A stretch of 63,897 bases of DNA, the filler included, from Globobulimina sp. (Eukaryota): the NCBI GenBank assembly GCA_003354225.1. It is 38 parts of 38 records of this genome, joined end to end, with 100 filler letters (N's around TTAATTAATTAA, not from the genome) between each part and the next. Parts side by side here need not be neighbours in the genome. Positions count along the whole stretch, not along the records: positions 1 to 1,585 come from PIVH01014483.1; positions 1,686 to 3,270 come from PIVH01014484.1; positions 3,371 to 4,955 come from PIVH01014485.1; positions 5,056 to 6,640 come from PIVH01014486.1; positions 6,741 to 8,325 come from PIVH01014487.1; positions 8,426 to 10,010 come from PIVH01014488.1; positions 10,111 to 11,695 come from PIVH01014489.1; positions 11,796 to 13,380 come from PIVH01014490.1; 30 more parts are not named here. One strand, given 5' to 3'. Positions 1 through 12,689 of the stretch are shown here, one piece after another. The position numbers and the translations under genes are program-made. The stretch's first letter is position 1; each line of letters begins with the position of its first letter. The notes under the pieces were generated by a model. It did no database searches. It had not been told where the DNA came from and was given only the letters and a program-made list of their open reading frames with translations.

Positions 1-1585
1 AGCACAGTGGGACAGTTGTCGTCGTTGCGCAGTGCACAGAAATTATTTACTAAAAATTTAGATATATTGCGGCTATATTTTGATAGGTTAGAAATTGAAG
101 AAAGCTCCGCATCGAAAGAGAGTGTGTTGGACGGCTTGAAACTGTTAAAGCAATGTTTTGGACAGCAAGCAAATGACCGATTGTTGCATTTTTTGTTGCT
201 TCGAATGGATAACAAACAGAGCTCAAATCGAGCTCGAGTCGTTATATTGGAATGGTTGAATGATATATTTCGCTTTGAAAATGGCAGGATAAGAATGGTG
301 AATATCTTCCAATTGGATTGTAATGATATTCATATTCAAGAATATGCGAAAAAGGGATTGTTGCCGAGGATCAACAGAGATTTGACTGCGCCACAAAGCT
401 TGCTCGAAAAAAATAGATATAAATTGGAAAAGTATCCGGCTTTTGCTGCTTTTGCAAAGATTGCACATCAACAGATATTACAAAATAAGCGCAAAATATC
501 CGATGTTGTGATGAAGGAAACCATTGCTTTTGCAGCAAAATGCTTATCCTCAAATGCTGTGAAATGGAAGCAAGTGAATGAGGAAAAGGCGATGAATGAG
601 ACTGATAATTTGATATTAAATTGGTTGGAATCAAGCGATGAAACAAACGCATTTCGAAATGAATCGTTGTATAAATCGTTAGCGAAACAGGCGGAATATA
701 TTAGATTTGAGTTAACAAAATGCAATGTTTCCTGCGATGACTTTGTAACCGGATTTGAAAGATATCTCGATTTAATATTATATTCGATTAAACATTTTCC
801 GATTTCACAGTCGAAGACAAAAACATTGCATAGCATTACCTTCCAGCATTTAATTCATTTGCTTTGTATTTGTTATCCTTCGCTGAGCATAAATAATTTG
901 GGTCAATTGTTTGAAAATGCATTATTGAATAAAGATAATTTACATTTATTTTATCAGAGACAATTAAGAGATTCACTTTCAACTCGCATCCAATGTTCAA
1001 AGTTATTTGCAATCATTACATTGCTAAACAACAACAAAAATAACCTGATGCAACAGTATCAAGCAATGTTATTTAAATCAGTTTGCTCGAATTTAAGTTC
1101 CCGACTAACAAATGTTAAAAATATAAACAAAATAAAACCAAATGACATATTAAGCGGCACAGTGCGGCAAACAATAGAAATTGACGGAGCATTAAGAGGA
1201 TTAAGCACCATTATCTCTGCCAAATTGTATTTAAATAAGAATAGGTCGCTGGAGATAGCATTGATTGCCTGGTTGTGTACAATATTCATTTTATCTAAAA
1301 ATATGGATTTAATTAGTTCGTCGTGTTATTGTTTATCAATGATTGGCAAATATAACATTATGGATTTATTAAATAAGCATCAGATATCAGCCTCCTTTAA
1401 CTCTCAATTGTGTCAAATATTGAATGTGGAAGCAACGCTAATCACCGATATTCAAAAAGTTATTCAAATTTGTAGTGTGAAACCACTTAATTCTGACGAT
1501 GATATCTCTCGTATTTCTGATGCATTGTCGCTCATTGAATATTTAACATTAATCGTCCGGCGATATAATAAAAACCAACGGCATA
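1..1585 (+). CDS. Partial large helical (ARM/HEAT-like?) protein, unknown function
   Basis: Uninterrupted >520-codon Leu-rich ORF spanning the whole contig; no diagnostic motif recognised. Confidence 0.7.
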
Positions 1586-1685
1586 NNNNNNNNNNNNNNN
1601 NNNNNNNNNNNNNNNNNNNNNNNNNNNNNTTAATTAATTAANNNNNNNNNNNNNNNNNNNNNNNNNNNNNNNNNNNNNNNNNNNN
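1586..1685. other. Artificial contig linker N44-TTAATTAATTAA-N44 (first of 37)
   Basis: The identical 100-bp spacer starts at 1586, 3271, 4956, 6641, 8326, 10011, 11696, 13381, 15066, 16751, 18436, 20121, 21806, 23490, 25174, 26858, 28542, 30226, 31910, 33594, 35278, 36962, 38646, 40330, 42014, 43698, 45382, 47066, 48750, 50434, 52117, 53800, 55483, 57166, 58849, 60532, 62215. The core has stops in all six frames. Confidence 0.99.
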
Positions 1686-1970
1686 TAAATAATTTGACGA
1701 CTTGCAGCCAGTTCTGGGCAAATCATTCTCCTGTAGTCGCCCTTATACGACACTTTTATCCACCAACTTCTGAACATCCCAACCTTTCAACGCATAAACT
1801 TCTAAACCCCTCAACTTCTCAACCTCTGACTTTAATGCATCCCTTCCATTAATAAAATGTTATCTTTTAACATTTTATTTATGGCCTATTTTCCTTCCGA
1901 TTCACTTCAACACTAAAAATCCAAATTACATCAGCAATCATCCTTTCGTTACTCAGTGGCAACAAAAAAA

Positions 1971-3147
1971 ATGGTAAATAGTTTGGCAAATCTTATCTGT
2001 GTTATTCAACTTAAACATACAAAATACAAAAAAATGGAAAATAGGCAGAAGCGGCAAGAGCTGAGGATTCACCTTTTTCGTTTGAATCAGGCCATACGGA
2101 TCTAATAGTTTAGTATTTATAATATGATAATTGCACATCATACAATTGAATTGAATATGTAAAATAAATAAATAAATAAAGCATGATATTGAGATAGATT
2201 TTTATGGTAAAACATTAGCGTCAGCCTCTTCAGATCGTGTGATTCGAATATTTGAAATAATCGGAGAGAATCATAAATTAATTGCAAAGTTAAGCGGTCA
2301 TCGCGGACCAATTTGGAAATTATCATGGGCCCATCCTAAATATGGCTGTATTTTAGCATCATGTTCCTATGATAAACAGGTCATTATTTGGAGACTAAAT
2401 GGACAAAAATGGAGTCAATGGTTTGTTGATGAATTTACATCCTCAGTCAATACTGTTCAATTTAACAATGATAACAACAACAATAATAAAAATGAATTGC
2501 AATTAATAGCCGGCTGTTCAGATGGAACTATAAAAATTTATGTACTTGAAAGTTTAGTTTAGTTTATTTTATTTATTATAATTATATACAATATACACGT
2601 CATAAAAATAAATAAAATATTTTAAGATAACAATAAATGGAAAATAAATTATGAAATAGCCAATGCACATAACGGTGGCGTAAATTCAATCTCATGGGCC
2701 ACCAATACGCGATTATCATATGTATTAAATGAAAATAAAGAGAAAAAAGAAAATGAGAGAGACAGAGAATGCAAACGTTTTGTAACCGGGGGATGTGATA
2801 ATTTAGTAAAAATTTGGAATTTTGAATACAAAACAAATGAATATTCAGTAAATGCCGAGTTAAATGAACATGAAAATTGGGTCCGTGATGTCTGTTGGTC
2901 GCCAATACCAACCTCCAAATCACATTCCATCGTCGCGAGTTGTTCTGAAGATAAAACCGTTATAATTTGGAAAGAAAATAATAAAAAATGGACAATTTCT
3001 GAAAAAATAAAATTTGATTTTAAAGTTTGGAGTGTTTCATGGAGTGAATTAGGTAATATTTTAGCCGTTGCTTTGGGTGAAAACACCGTACAACTTTATA
3101 AAGAAGGAATTGATGGCAAATGGCAAAATGTATCAAAAGTCAATTGA
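1971..3147 (+). CDS. SEC13: COPII/nucleoporin WD40 protein Sec13; exons 1971-1973, 2045-2107, 2182-2551, 2627-3147
   Basis: Splicing three GT-AG introns gives SGHTDLI|HDIEIDFYGKTLASASSDRVIRIF, GHRGPIWKLSWAHPKYGCILASCSYD, AHNGGVNSISWA, FVTGGCDNLVKIW, HENWVRDVCWSP. Confidence 0.96.
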
Positions 3148-3492
3148 TTCATCTTTCTTATGTAATTCTCATACAACTAAACTCATTTTCAAACAATCTT
3201 TGCTTATTTAACATACCATCAATAATTTAAGTTTTTTTTTTCGCTGTCAAATGAAGAAGAAACCAGTAGCNNNNNNNNNNNNNNNNNNNNNNNNNNNNNN
3301 NNNNNNNNNNNNNNTTAATTAATTAANNNNNNNNNNNNNNNNNNNNNNNNNNNNNNNNNNNNNNNNNNNNAATAGGTATAACTGAATAAAGTATTTTTAT
3401 CAATTTCTAATTATAAATGTAAATATATATTAAATTAAAGACAGACACAAAGCCCCACACAATATAGAAAGTGAATTGGCAAATATAAGAAT

Positions 3493-4491
3493 TTAGAATT
3501 TGAATTGATTAAATTTTTGAGTAAATTGTTTTAAAATATTTGGTTTGGATGCTGCCGTTTCACAAGTTTTGAATTTGTGATCCTTATCTGGATGGAAGGC
3601 GCAAGCATGTTTATATACACCATCTGGTGTTTTACTACATTTATTATTGGGATTTTTACATAATCCGAGGAAGAAATAGAACATGCAAATATCACTCGGG
3701 CATGATGTGCCATATTCACTCATACAAATATGGCATGTTTTGCGAAATAAACGAAGTTTATCGTTTTGAGGGTTTGCGCGAAATGAATTATTTGCATTGT
3801 TATTGTTGGGATATTTGTTATTTTGATTAAATTGTCGATTTTGTGTAGGATTATTGTTGGAATTTCTATTATTTAGATTGCGATTAAATTGGCGGTTTTG
3901 AGTATAATTGCCGTCATTGTGGTTATTGACATTGCCAAATCCATTTTGTTTGCGCCAATTATTTGCATGAAATCCGGATGTATTCGAATAAGATCTCTCG
4001 ACATGAATATGAACCTTTTTATCCCTTTCATAGTCATCGAGATTAAAATCAACAAATGAGCCTAATAAAAATTGGACGATATTGGTGCGTCTGTTTGATT
4101 TCGAAAATAAATTCAAATAATGATTATTATTCATAATTAAACCAATTGGTTGTCCATCACTTAAATAATAACGAAAAATTGTAAATATCGCAGACCAAAA
4201 TGTAACGACAGACACAGAATCATCGGAGATGAATTTTTTAATCTTATCTTTGAACATTTGTACACTGGCTCTACATATTTGGGCCCAGTCAATTAATAAA
4301 TTGATTGTTTTGCTATGCGTTGGGAAATTATTTAAAGCGGATATTACAAAATTCAATGTATGACTCCATTCATCCAATATAAAGAAAATCGATGTTTTTG
4401 TTTTAAATGCGGAATAGATCTCTTTCGAAGGAGTGCCAATATCGGATAATTTATACGTATCAGAGAGATATTTGATTGTGGAATGACACAA
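3493..4491 (-). mobile_element. Gag-like ORF of a probable DIRS/Ngaro-type tyrosine-recombinase retroelement (5' part frameshifted)
   Basis: Intronless; an Asn/Arg-rich spacer precedes a C-terminal Cys/His cluster (ICMFYFFLGLC...C...YKHACAFH...HKFKTC) resembling DIRS gag zinc fingers. Confidence 0.5.
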
Positions 4492-5176
4492 ATTGGGGAC
4501 AACAATATATTTCTGATTAGCCCATCCTGAAAAGAATTTAATTACATCATCACGTGTTGCTTCTTTGCATTTTAAATGTTTGGATACTGTGTGAATGTTA
4601 TATTTATATTTAAATTGTATGATTATGAGTTATTGCAGCTGAGAAACATGACATTTTGTTTGAAAATGTCATGCAATTCAGCTGCATTTATACCGAAACT
4701 TGTTTATAATAATTTGTATATAGTAACAACAATTTAATTTATAATAAAGACTGTAGTAAAGTCTGCGAGAACTAGTAATCTCTTGTTAAACTATAAGTTT
4801 TTGTTTAAGACCCCGGAGTAATAACCGTTAAATCAAAAAATTGATAGGGGATTAGTTATAGACTGACGATGAAGTAAATCGTTAGTACAGACTGATAAAA
4901 TGTAATGAGAAAAGAAAGAAGGAGAAATTCAGATTCTGAGACAAAATCTATAATTNNNNNNNNNNNNNNNNNNNNNNNNNNNNNNNNNNNNNNNNNNNNT
5001 TAATTAATTAANNNNNNNNNNNNNNNNNNNNNNNNNNNNNNNNNNNNNNNNNNNNTTTGACGTTTCGATCACAATATTATTGGAAATCCGACAGATCGGA
5101 TCCTGACATAAAACATACAAAAATGCGATATTAAATTTCAGATTTCAGATTTGTGAATACTACATTAATAAAAACA

Positions 5177-6640
5177 TTAATATGATTGAAAAGAAGCAGA
5201 TCCTTCCATAGCTTGTCCAGGCGAACCATTTGATTTCTTTCCTTGCGATTGTCGAGAATTTGAAATCGAACCTCTATTTTTATTTTCTTTGGCTTGAATA
5301 CATTTGAATAATTTCTTGCGATGATACAATTTGCGAATCCCAATCTCTTTCAAATCATTCATAGATAAATCATACAAAGACTCCAAAGTTTCAAAGCCAT
5401 TTTCCACCAAAGACTCATACAAATTAAAATCCATTTCCTCACTGTCAATCTTCACCTCTTTCTCGATAAAGCGGCGCAACATTTCCTTATCATTGCTGTG
5501 GCTGTCATTATTCTTATTATTTATGGATAATTGTAATTGAGCCACCACTCTCTGTAACGCATCAATCTGTTTTTGTAAATCATCATTCTTCTCTTTCTCC
5601 GCCAGCAACGAATTCAATTTCAAATTTATTTTCTTAATCCAAAGATCATTTTCTTTATTTAATTTGAGTGATTTTCGTAACACTTCTGCCATTTTACTCA
5701 TTTTAAGCTCCATTTTATTGAAAATATCCTCATATTCCACACACTTACAATCATCGCATCCATTACTTTGCATTTTATATTCATCCTCTTTCAACGCAGC
5801 TGTCTCTGCAGTCTGCACTGGTATTTTCTTGTTGTTTTGATCGTATTCTGTAATAATTTCAACCTTAATATCAATCACCAATTCGTTTAATTGTTTGAAC
5901 GTTTTAAAAGTGCCAATATTGCATCCTTTTGTGGTGGAATCCAAACTAAAATCCGATGTTTGCGACGCACAAATCTTCATTGCCACGCATTTTATGTGCC
6001 AGATTGCCTTTATTTTGCTGATTTCGTTTGGCAAACCACATAAAGTTAAACCTAACGCACATTTGCCAGCAGTCCGCGGTGTGTAGCCATTTGGACCTAC
6101 AATTTTATAAATATTAAAAGTTAAAACACAAAAAAAAACAAAAAACATTTACATACACAATCTGATGCACCACATCGAGGCAAACATTTGAGATTCAATC
6201 ATTTTGCCCATTTTGCAATACTTTAAATCTCGAATAGAATTTGCGTCCAATGAATATTGTAAATTCATAACTTTTTGGTACGCAAACTGTTGCGGATAAA
6301 ATCTGGAAATATTTGTATCCTTCATTTGAATGCGTAATATTTTTATAGTGATTATTATTTTTAAGTTTTCCAAGTCGCGAATTTCATGGAATGGCAACAC
6401 ATATTTCCATCCCTGATTGATGCCAATTTTATATTGTCCCATATTGGTTTGTTTCGATTTGGTTTGCGGCGATTCGATGGTTTTACAAATTGTGATCATT
6501 TCCCAATTGGGCGCCATCGACACAATCTTACAAAACACCATCGCATATCCTTCAAAATCTTGCTTGCTGCCATTTGGATAAATCTTCATTTGCATTTTTA
6601 AGTTTTCTTCGGCGATCGGAAATATTTCAGAACTCAGTTT
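5177..6640 (-). CDS. Tandem MATH-like domains + coiled coil + C-terminal SAM domain (5' partial; intron 6097-6156)
   Basis: MKIYPNG...GYAMVF and WCIRL|CPNGY...GKCALGL are MATH-like; LVENGFETLESLYDLSMNDLKEIGIRKLYHRKKLFKCI is a SAM signature. Confidence 0.75.
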
Positions 6641-6881
6641 NNNNNNNNNNNNNNNNNNNNNNNNNNNNNNNNNNNNNNNNNNNNTTAATTAATTAANNNN
6701 NNNNNNNNNNNNNNNNNNNNNNNNNNNNNNNNNNNNNNNNGAGTGCCGGCCATAATTAACTTTTTTGGCTTAGTTTCGTTTCGTTTCATTTCAAGTAGTA
6801 GTAGGGGCACATTCAGCCGGGAAGTAAGTCCGGCTCCATACTCACCGATTGCTTAAACATCCCGGCGAGGCGTCAACGATT

Positions 6882-6916
6882 GGCAAGGTTTTTAGGTTAG
6901 CTAGAGTGGTTTTCAA
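6882..6916. repeat. Terminus of GGCAAGGTTTT MITE-like family
   Basis: Reverse complement matches 62181-62214 with one mismatch. Confidence 0.75.
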
Positions 6917-6964
6917 TAAAGTGGCATAAAACAATATTTAATTTAAATTTAAATAACTAAATTG

Positions 6965-8243
6965 TTATGGTGAGCAACAAGCAGTGCAGGGATATGTTTC
7001 ATTTTGAAACCAAAAAGGAGATCTTGTCATATTTGCAAACCACCACTGAACTTGAGCCTGACAAGACGTGTAATCATCGATAATAATCTTATTCCAAGCA
7101 CCAGTATGATGTTGACATGAATCTAAAAACACGGCATGATTCTTTGCATACTTTCCACGTACCATCAAATTATTATATATTGTCGTTGTTAAATTATCAC
7201 CATACGCATTAATCAAACTAGTATTTGTACTTTTCAATTCTTGCGTTATTTGCCATTTATCAAATCTAGACTGCAATGCAAATATTTTACTTTCCGTATA
7301 TAATGCTGCATTTTGAGCAAACATACATTTATAACCATCCATATCATCCATGCAGTCCTCCTTCAATGCAATTGATGTATTTTGATATTCATAGTTCCAT
7401 TTCATGCATGTATCAAATCCACCGCTACCTTCATAATCCATAAAAAAACCACTATCCGGCATCGCCATATAATTCGCACCTTTGGCGACAAAGTGCTGTC
7501 CAATATAATCCGCATGAAGCCACGCTGCCAGACCTCCAGCACTCGAACCAGTCAATATTACATCAGTTGCATTGTCTAAACCATACTGCGTCCATAATAA
7601 TTGAAATACAGCTTTCAAATTTCGAAAGCCACGGAAATATAATGATGTACCATCTGCAGCTTTGGTGACTGTTGCATTGTTGCCCAGCAAATGAGGCTCC
7701 ATCACAGTACGGAACGTAGATATAATTCCAATTGTAAGCTAATGGATTGTCGGCATATTGAGAGGACAGATATCCATCGCCTTTCTCTGGTAATACCATA
7801 TATGGTTCGTACCCTTTTGATGAACCTAACTGTCCTTTGGACCGTGAATAGCAACCATTACAGCTGGAGGCCACTGCTTCATCCACACCACCGCACCAAC
7901 CACCGCCTTTGAGATATACTTCATATTTTGTGACACCATCGTCATAACCTGGTCGAAAATAAAATGCTTGAGGCGTCCCATCGAGACAAGCTGACTGATA
8001 ATTTTTGTTGCCTTCAATACATTTGACTAGAAAAGCAGGCTCATTTGGATTTGCTTGCAAATCGTTTGATTGTAGAAATAAATGATATTCTGACAAAGAT
8101 TTAAAAGCAATGATTTGATCTGGTGCGTTCTCTGTGAATCGCAATCGACCATACGTTAAATTCAAATTCAATGCTTCATTATATAACCCATAGCATGCGC
8201 TGATTAAAATGAACAACAACACAGTGACTGCAGTCTGCGACAT
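6965..8243 (-). CDS. Secreted pectin acetylesterase/Notum-family hydrolase with a 1-nt frameshift at ~7684
   Basis: Signal peptide, ACLDGTP, YLKGGGWC, WNYIYVPYCDGASFAG, LYFRG, GSSAGG nucleophile elbow, DSGFFMD, DSCQHH; split over ORFs 7563-8243 and 6965-7705. Confidence 0.9.
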
Positions 8244-8425
8244 TGAGCCTGATTGCGGCTAGTCAAGCTAGTGAGGTTGAAATGGGCTCTAAAATCTGCA
8301 AATGTTGTTGTCAGAAAACGAACAANNNNNNNNNNNNNNNNNNNNNNNNNNNNNNNNNNNNNNNNNNNNTTAATTAATTAANNNNNNNNNNNNNNNNNNN
8401 NNNNNNNNNNNNNNNNNNNNNNNNN

Positions 8426-9977
8426 AAATTGCATTTTTCTTATCAGATTTCCCACATTTCTTTGTATTCCTATTGGTCAGTTATTGCGGCATTTTTTTTG
8501 TGACATATTCAATATTTTCCTCAACAAACCCATCGACATCATTCGTCATCGCTCGGTTTTGGTTCCAACGTTGTGTCGGCATTGTAAACTGCGCCGCATT
8601 CATTTCATTCTGGTCCCAAGTTAACTCGCCATCGCATATACCAATTAATTAAAACCCATTTCATATTTATTTCCGTAAAAACTATCCAGGCCCACGGCTT
8701 AATTGGAGAGAATGGCATAAAACCCATCAAACAGCAATTAGCGGAAGTAGATGAATTGAATGCAGCTGGAAATCTATCAGTGTCCAAATACGAATATCAT
8801 CCGACATTATTTTGGATTTCATCCTCCGATAAATTCCTACATTTTGTCTGTTTTTTAGGTGTTTTAGCTTCAATAACAATCATTTTGCCATCGTATATTT
8901 CGACCACTCCATTTTTCCTTTTATGCGCCATCTGTTACGGCAGCGTCAAAACGATGGGCGCAGAATTCATGCAATTACAATGGGACAGCATGCTGATTGA
9001 AGTGAATGTGATTTGTGTGTGGCTGGAATTGGATGCATTGCTCACTATGCGTACCAGTACAGACATTTGGTTATCTGACACTTATTCAAGTTAATATTCA
9101 TAATATTTTGTTTGCTAAACTCATGCAATTATACTAAACCTCAACAGGTCGGATTGGAATGATAATGATTTATTGGTTGCATTATCGGCTGATGATATCC
9201 GCCGGTTTTGTCAAATTATCGTCAGGTTGTCCGAAATGGCGCGATGGCACAGCGATGAAGTACCATTTTTGGACACAGCCCATTCCGTCACCCACTTCCA
9301 TACTGGCCTGGAAATACGGTTTAGCGAATTCGCTGTCTACGTATGGCTCGATTGTGAGTGAAATAGTCTTACCGTTTGCCATTTTTTTTATTCCTTTCAG
9401 GATTTGCAGACTCATCGCCTGTTTCAACACTGTCGGCTTAATGTTCCTTATATTCGCGACTGGAAACTTTGGTTTCTTCAATTTGCTGACTGCCACACTT
9501 GGAATTAGTTGCATTGACGATGGACTATGGCCGGATTTCATGAATGGAGTGCATTCCTTCATCGGTTTCAACGCAAACGAGAATGGCGAGTTTGATGCGG
9601 TGTTTCATTATAAAATTTTCGAAGTATTCACCACTGTGATCTCTTTTTTATGGTTCCTCATGATTCTGATTGTGTCGCTTCGTAGTTTATGGCATATCAC
9701 ATATCGCAAGTTGCCGATAACCGGCGCTTTCCGCCTATTTGTGCTCAAAATGTCAATGTGGAGCATTGTGAATGCGTACGGCTTATTTGCGCGAATGACC
9801 ACATTTCGACATGAGCTGATTTTCGAAGGCACCGTGTGTGAGGACTATGAGAGCGAGGAATGTGACTGGAAAAGGTATGAATTTAAGTATAAACCGGGCG
9901 ACATTAACAAGCGACCACCATTTGCCGTGTGTCATCTACCTCGCTTAGATTGGAGGTTATGGTTCTTGCCTTTGAGG
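8426..9977 (+). CDS. Lipase maturation factor (LMF1/LMF2 family), partial, multi-exon
   Basis: AFISFWSQ|AHGLIGENGI, FMQLQWDSMLIE, RLMISAGFVKL, YHFWTQPIPSP, GNFGFFNLLT, YGLFARMT, YEFKYKPGD, HLPRLDWRLWF. Confidence 0.95.
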
Positions 9978-10110
9978 TAAATCAAATTATATTCACATGA
10001 TATATTTATANNNNNNNNNNNNNNNNNNNNNNNNNNNNNNNNNNNNNNNNNNNNTTAATTAATTAANNNNNNNNNNNNNNNNNNNNNNNNNNNNNNNNNN
10101 NNNNNNNNNN

Positions 10111-11695
10111 AAATCAATCTCGGATAGAAATGAATTACGCAAAATCAATCGATTACAACTCTGCACCCAATGCTATAGAACGTGGTATGGCAGCCATTTG
10201 GATTGCGGTGATTTGAGTAAACGGACATTTAACGCCCATGACGGCTCAAAAGCCATTCCGTTTAGCAATGGCTCGTTATCAAAAGTGCATTTCTTTCAGA
10301 ACACAATTATGTGCAAATTGTTTGGATTGGCGACTCGAAAAAAGCACATTGCAGCTCATTGGTAACTTGACGGTGGATGATATTTTCTTCAATAATTTGG
10401 TGGAATTGCAAGAGCAAAAAGTGAATTCGGCGGCAGACACAGCATTCCATATTGCTTTAAAGAGAGACCGTCATATTGCTTTAAAAAAATTGATTAATTG
10501 AAATTAAAAAGGAATGCGGCGAATCGCACACCGCAATTTCGCACAGCAGGACCCCCACAAACCTCCACCGTGGTGGTCAGTGATGATGTAAACGACGCAC
10601 CGATAGGTGCTTTAGCAAAAGAAGAAAGTCCCATTGGTTCTGCAGTGCCACAAACTGCAGTGAGCGCTCACGACAAATCCGTGTCATCGGGCGCGGCCAC
10701 GCAAGTATTCACTTCAGACGACAACAATGATAACAAGAACGATGATGATGCATTCAGCCTATCACGGACCGGTTATATTGATGCCTGTATTTCAACGCCA
10801 GGTGGCAAGGTTTTGACGCATGTCAAGTTAAATGCAGCTGGAGTACAGGCCATATTCATGCAAGCAGCCGGCAATCAGATCACATTCAACAAAGCCTCGG
10901 TCAAAGTTGTGATGGCTTAAGTGACGGCCAGGAATTACGTGATGTCATGTCGTACCATGGCCAGAAGATAACCCTCACATTGTTAGCGAATAAATACCGT
11001 TGGCAGGAAGTCCGTATCCAATTACAATCAAAGCCAGGGTCCACCGTACCAATCCGTGACGTGCCAATCAATGAATTGAAGAAATAGTTGGTGCACGGCT
11101 ACAATAATAAGGTTACGAATACCATACGCGGCGCCGTGAGTATTTTACGTGGCATTAACAATGACTTTACCACGGCATTGGATTTGAACAATGTTATGTC
11201 TTTATTCTGTATCCCCCCGTTTGATCCTAATGCTTTTAAGATTGGCATGCAAGGCGTAGTGGTCTCTGACACATTAATCAATCGTGTCTCTGTCTGGGAA
11301 TACACATTGGATCAGATGGCGAGAGATGGACATTATTCGCAACCCTCATTGGCATTGCCTTTTGGCTCCAGCACCAAATTCGACGCCATTCTCTCCAATT
11401 TGATGATAAATGAGACCAACGTCATCATGAACGACTGGCTCGACATAAATAAAGGTGACTGCGACGCGAATGTACGATTAGCCACTGTCCGAAATGCAAA
11501 CAAATACTTTTTCATTGGCGTTGACCCCGCAGATACGTATGATGGCCCAAAGCAATAAAATTGAGACCAGTGCTGGGACTGCTGGCATAGTCAACATTGT
11601 CGAAGCATCCCGCTCCAACATCGCGTCGAAATGCAATGGATTCTAAGAGAAATATGACATTCGCGGCAATATCCTTAAAGATTCTTATCCCAATA
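10111..11695 (+). pseudogene. Degenerate long intronless ORF with an ankyrin-like segment
   Basis: Protein-like frames span the contig but are broken by in-frame stops (~10214, ~11085) and frameshifts (~10498, ~10913, ~11550); NSAADTAFHIALK..RH..LKKL resembles an ankyrin repeat. Confidence 0.55.
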
Positions 11696-11973
11696 NNNNN
11701 NNNNNNNNNNNNNNNNNNNNNNNNNNNNNNNNNNNNNNNTTAATTAATTAANNNNNNNNNNNNNNNNNNNNNNNNNNNNNNNNNNNNNNNNNNNNTGAAA
11801 AAGATATTTATGATTTGTTTTGATTTTGTTTGTTGACTTGGAACTTGGAAGTCACTTTTGTCACCACATGTTTTAGTAATCTTAAAGAGTTCGTAAAAGA
11901 CTAAAAGTTGTCCACCAAGTTTTTCCAACCCCCTTTATAATTACTGAAACATGAGAACCCAGTGACTATTTTT

Positions 11974-12689
11974 ATGGCTGAACAAACATATCGCAAACCA
12001 ATGCGCACTCAGTCTCTGGTGTGTTTACAAGACATGTTGCAAGATCTCATCATTCCGGAATCAAAGCAACGCAAAGTGGAGAATAATTTTAACGATGATA
12101 CTAAACTTGAAAAGAATTTCCCTGTACATAAAACATACAAAATGCCATTGAAATTTGTTTACCATCACTATACATTTCTATTTATTGATAAAACTTCGAA
12201 AGACTCTGCAGAATTAATATCTTTTCATAAGACATTGGAAAATTTCCCAACGTCTGTGTTTGAGAGGTATAGCTAATTAGTTATAAAACAGTTGAATTAA
12301 TGAATAATTACATTTTTAATAATAATATATTTAGATATGGCTGGAGGCCCACTATTGAGAATAGAATGGTTATTGATTGCAATGCATGTTTGCTTGGCTA
12401 TGCAATGAATGATAATCATGATATAATGGCAATGATCACTTTATTTGATGTTTCTGATTCGATTGGAAAAAATACATATAAAATTGAAAGAGAAATATCG
12501 TTATGCGTGTTACCAATATATCAAAGACGACATCTCGCCACTGATTTAGTCAGATTATCATGGAATTTATTTGCCGATCCACATGATGAGTGTTGGATAT
12601 ATGTATTAAACAGTAGGAAATCGGGAATGTTTTGGCGAAAATTTAAGCAATGGTATCCTGAGGTGAATTTTAGGCTTGTTAAACCTTAG
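11974..12689 (+). CDS. GNAT-family acetyltransferase-like protein (intron 12267-12334)
   Basis: ISLCVLPIYQRRHLATDLV matches acetyl-CoA-binding motif A; N...GMFWRKF resembles motif B; the intron joins two ORFs in frame. Confidence 0.7.

Noticed and set aside
223-1289. Short antisense ORFs overlapping long genes (here and throughout the ORF track)
   Set aside because: Shadow frames of real coding sequences with no motifs.
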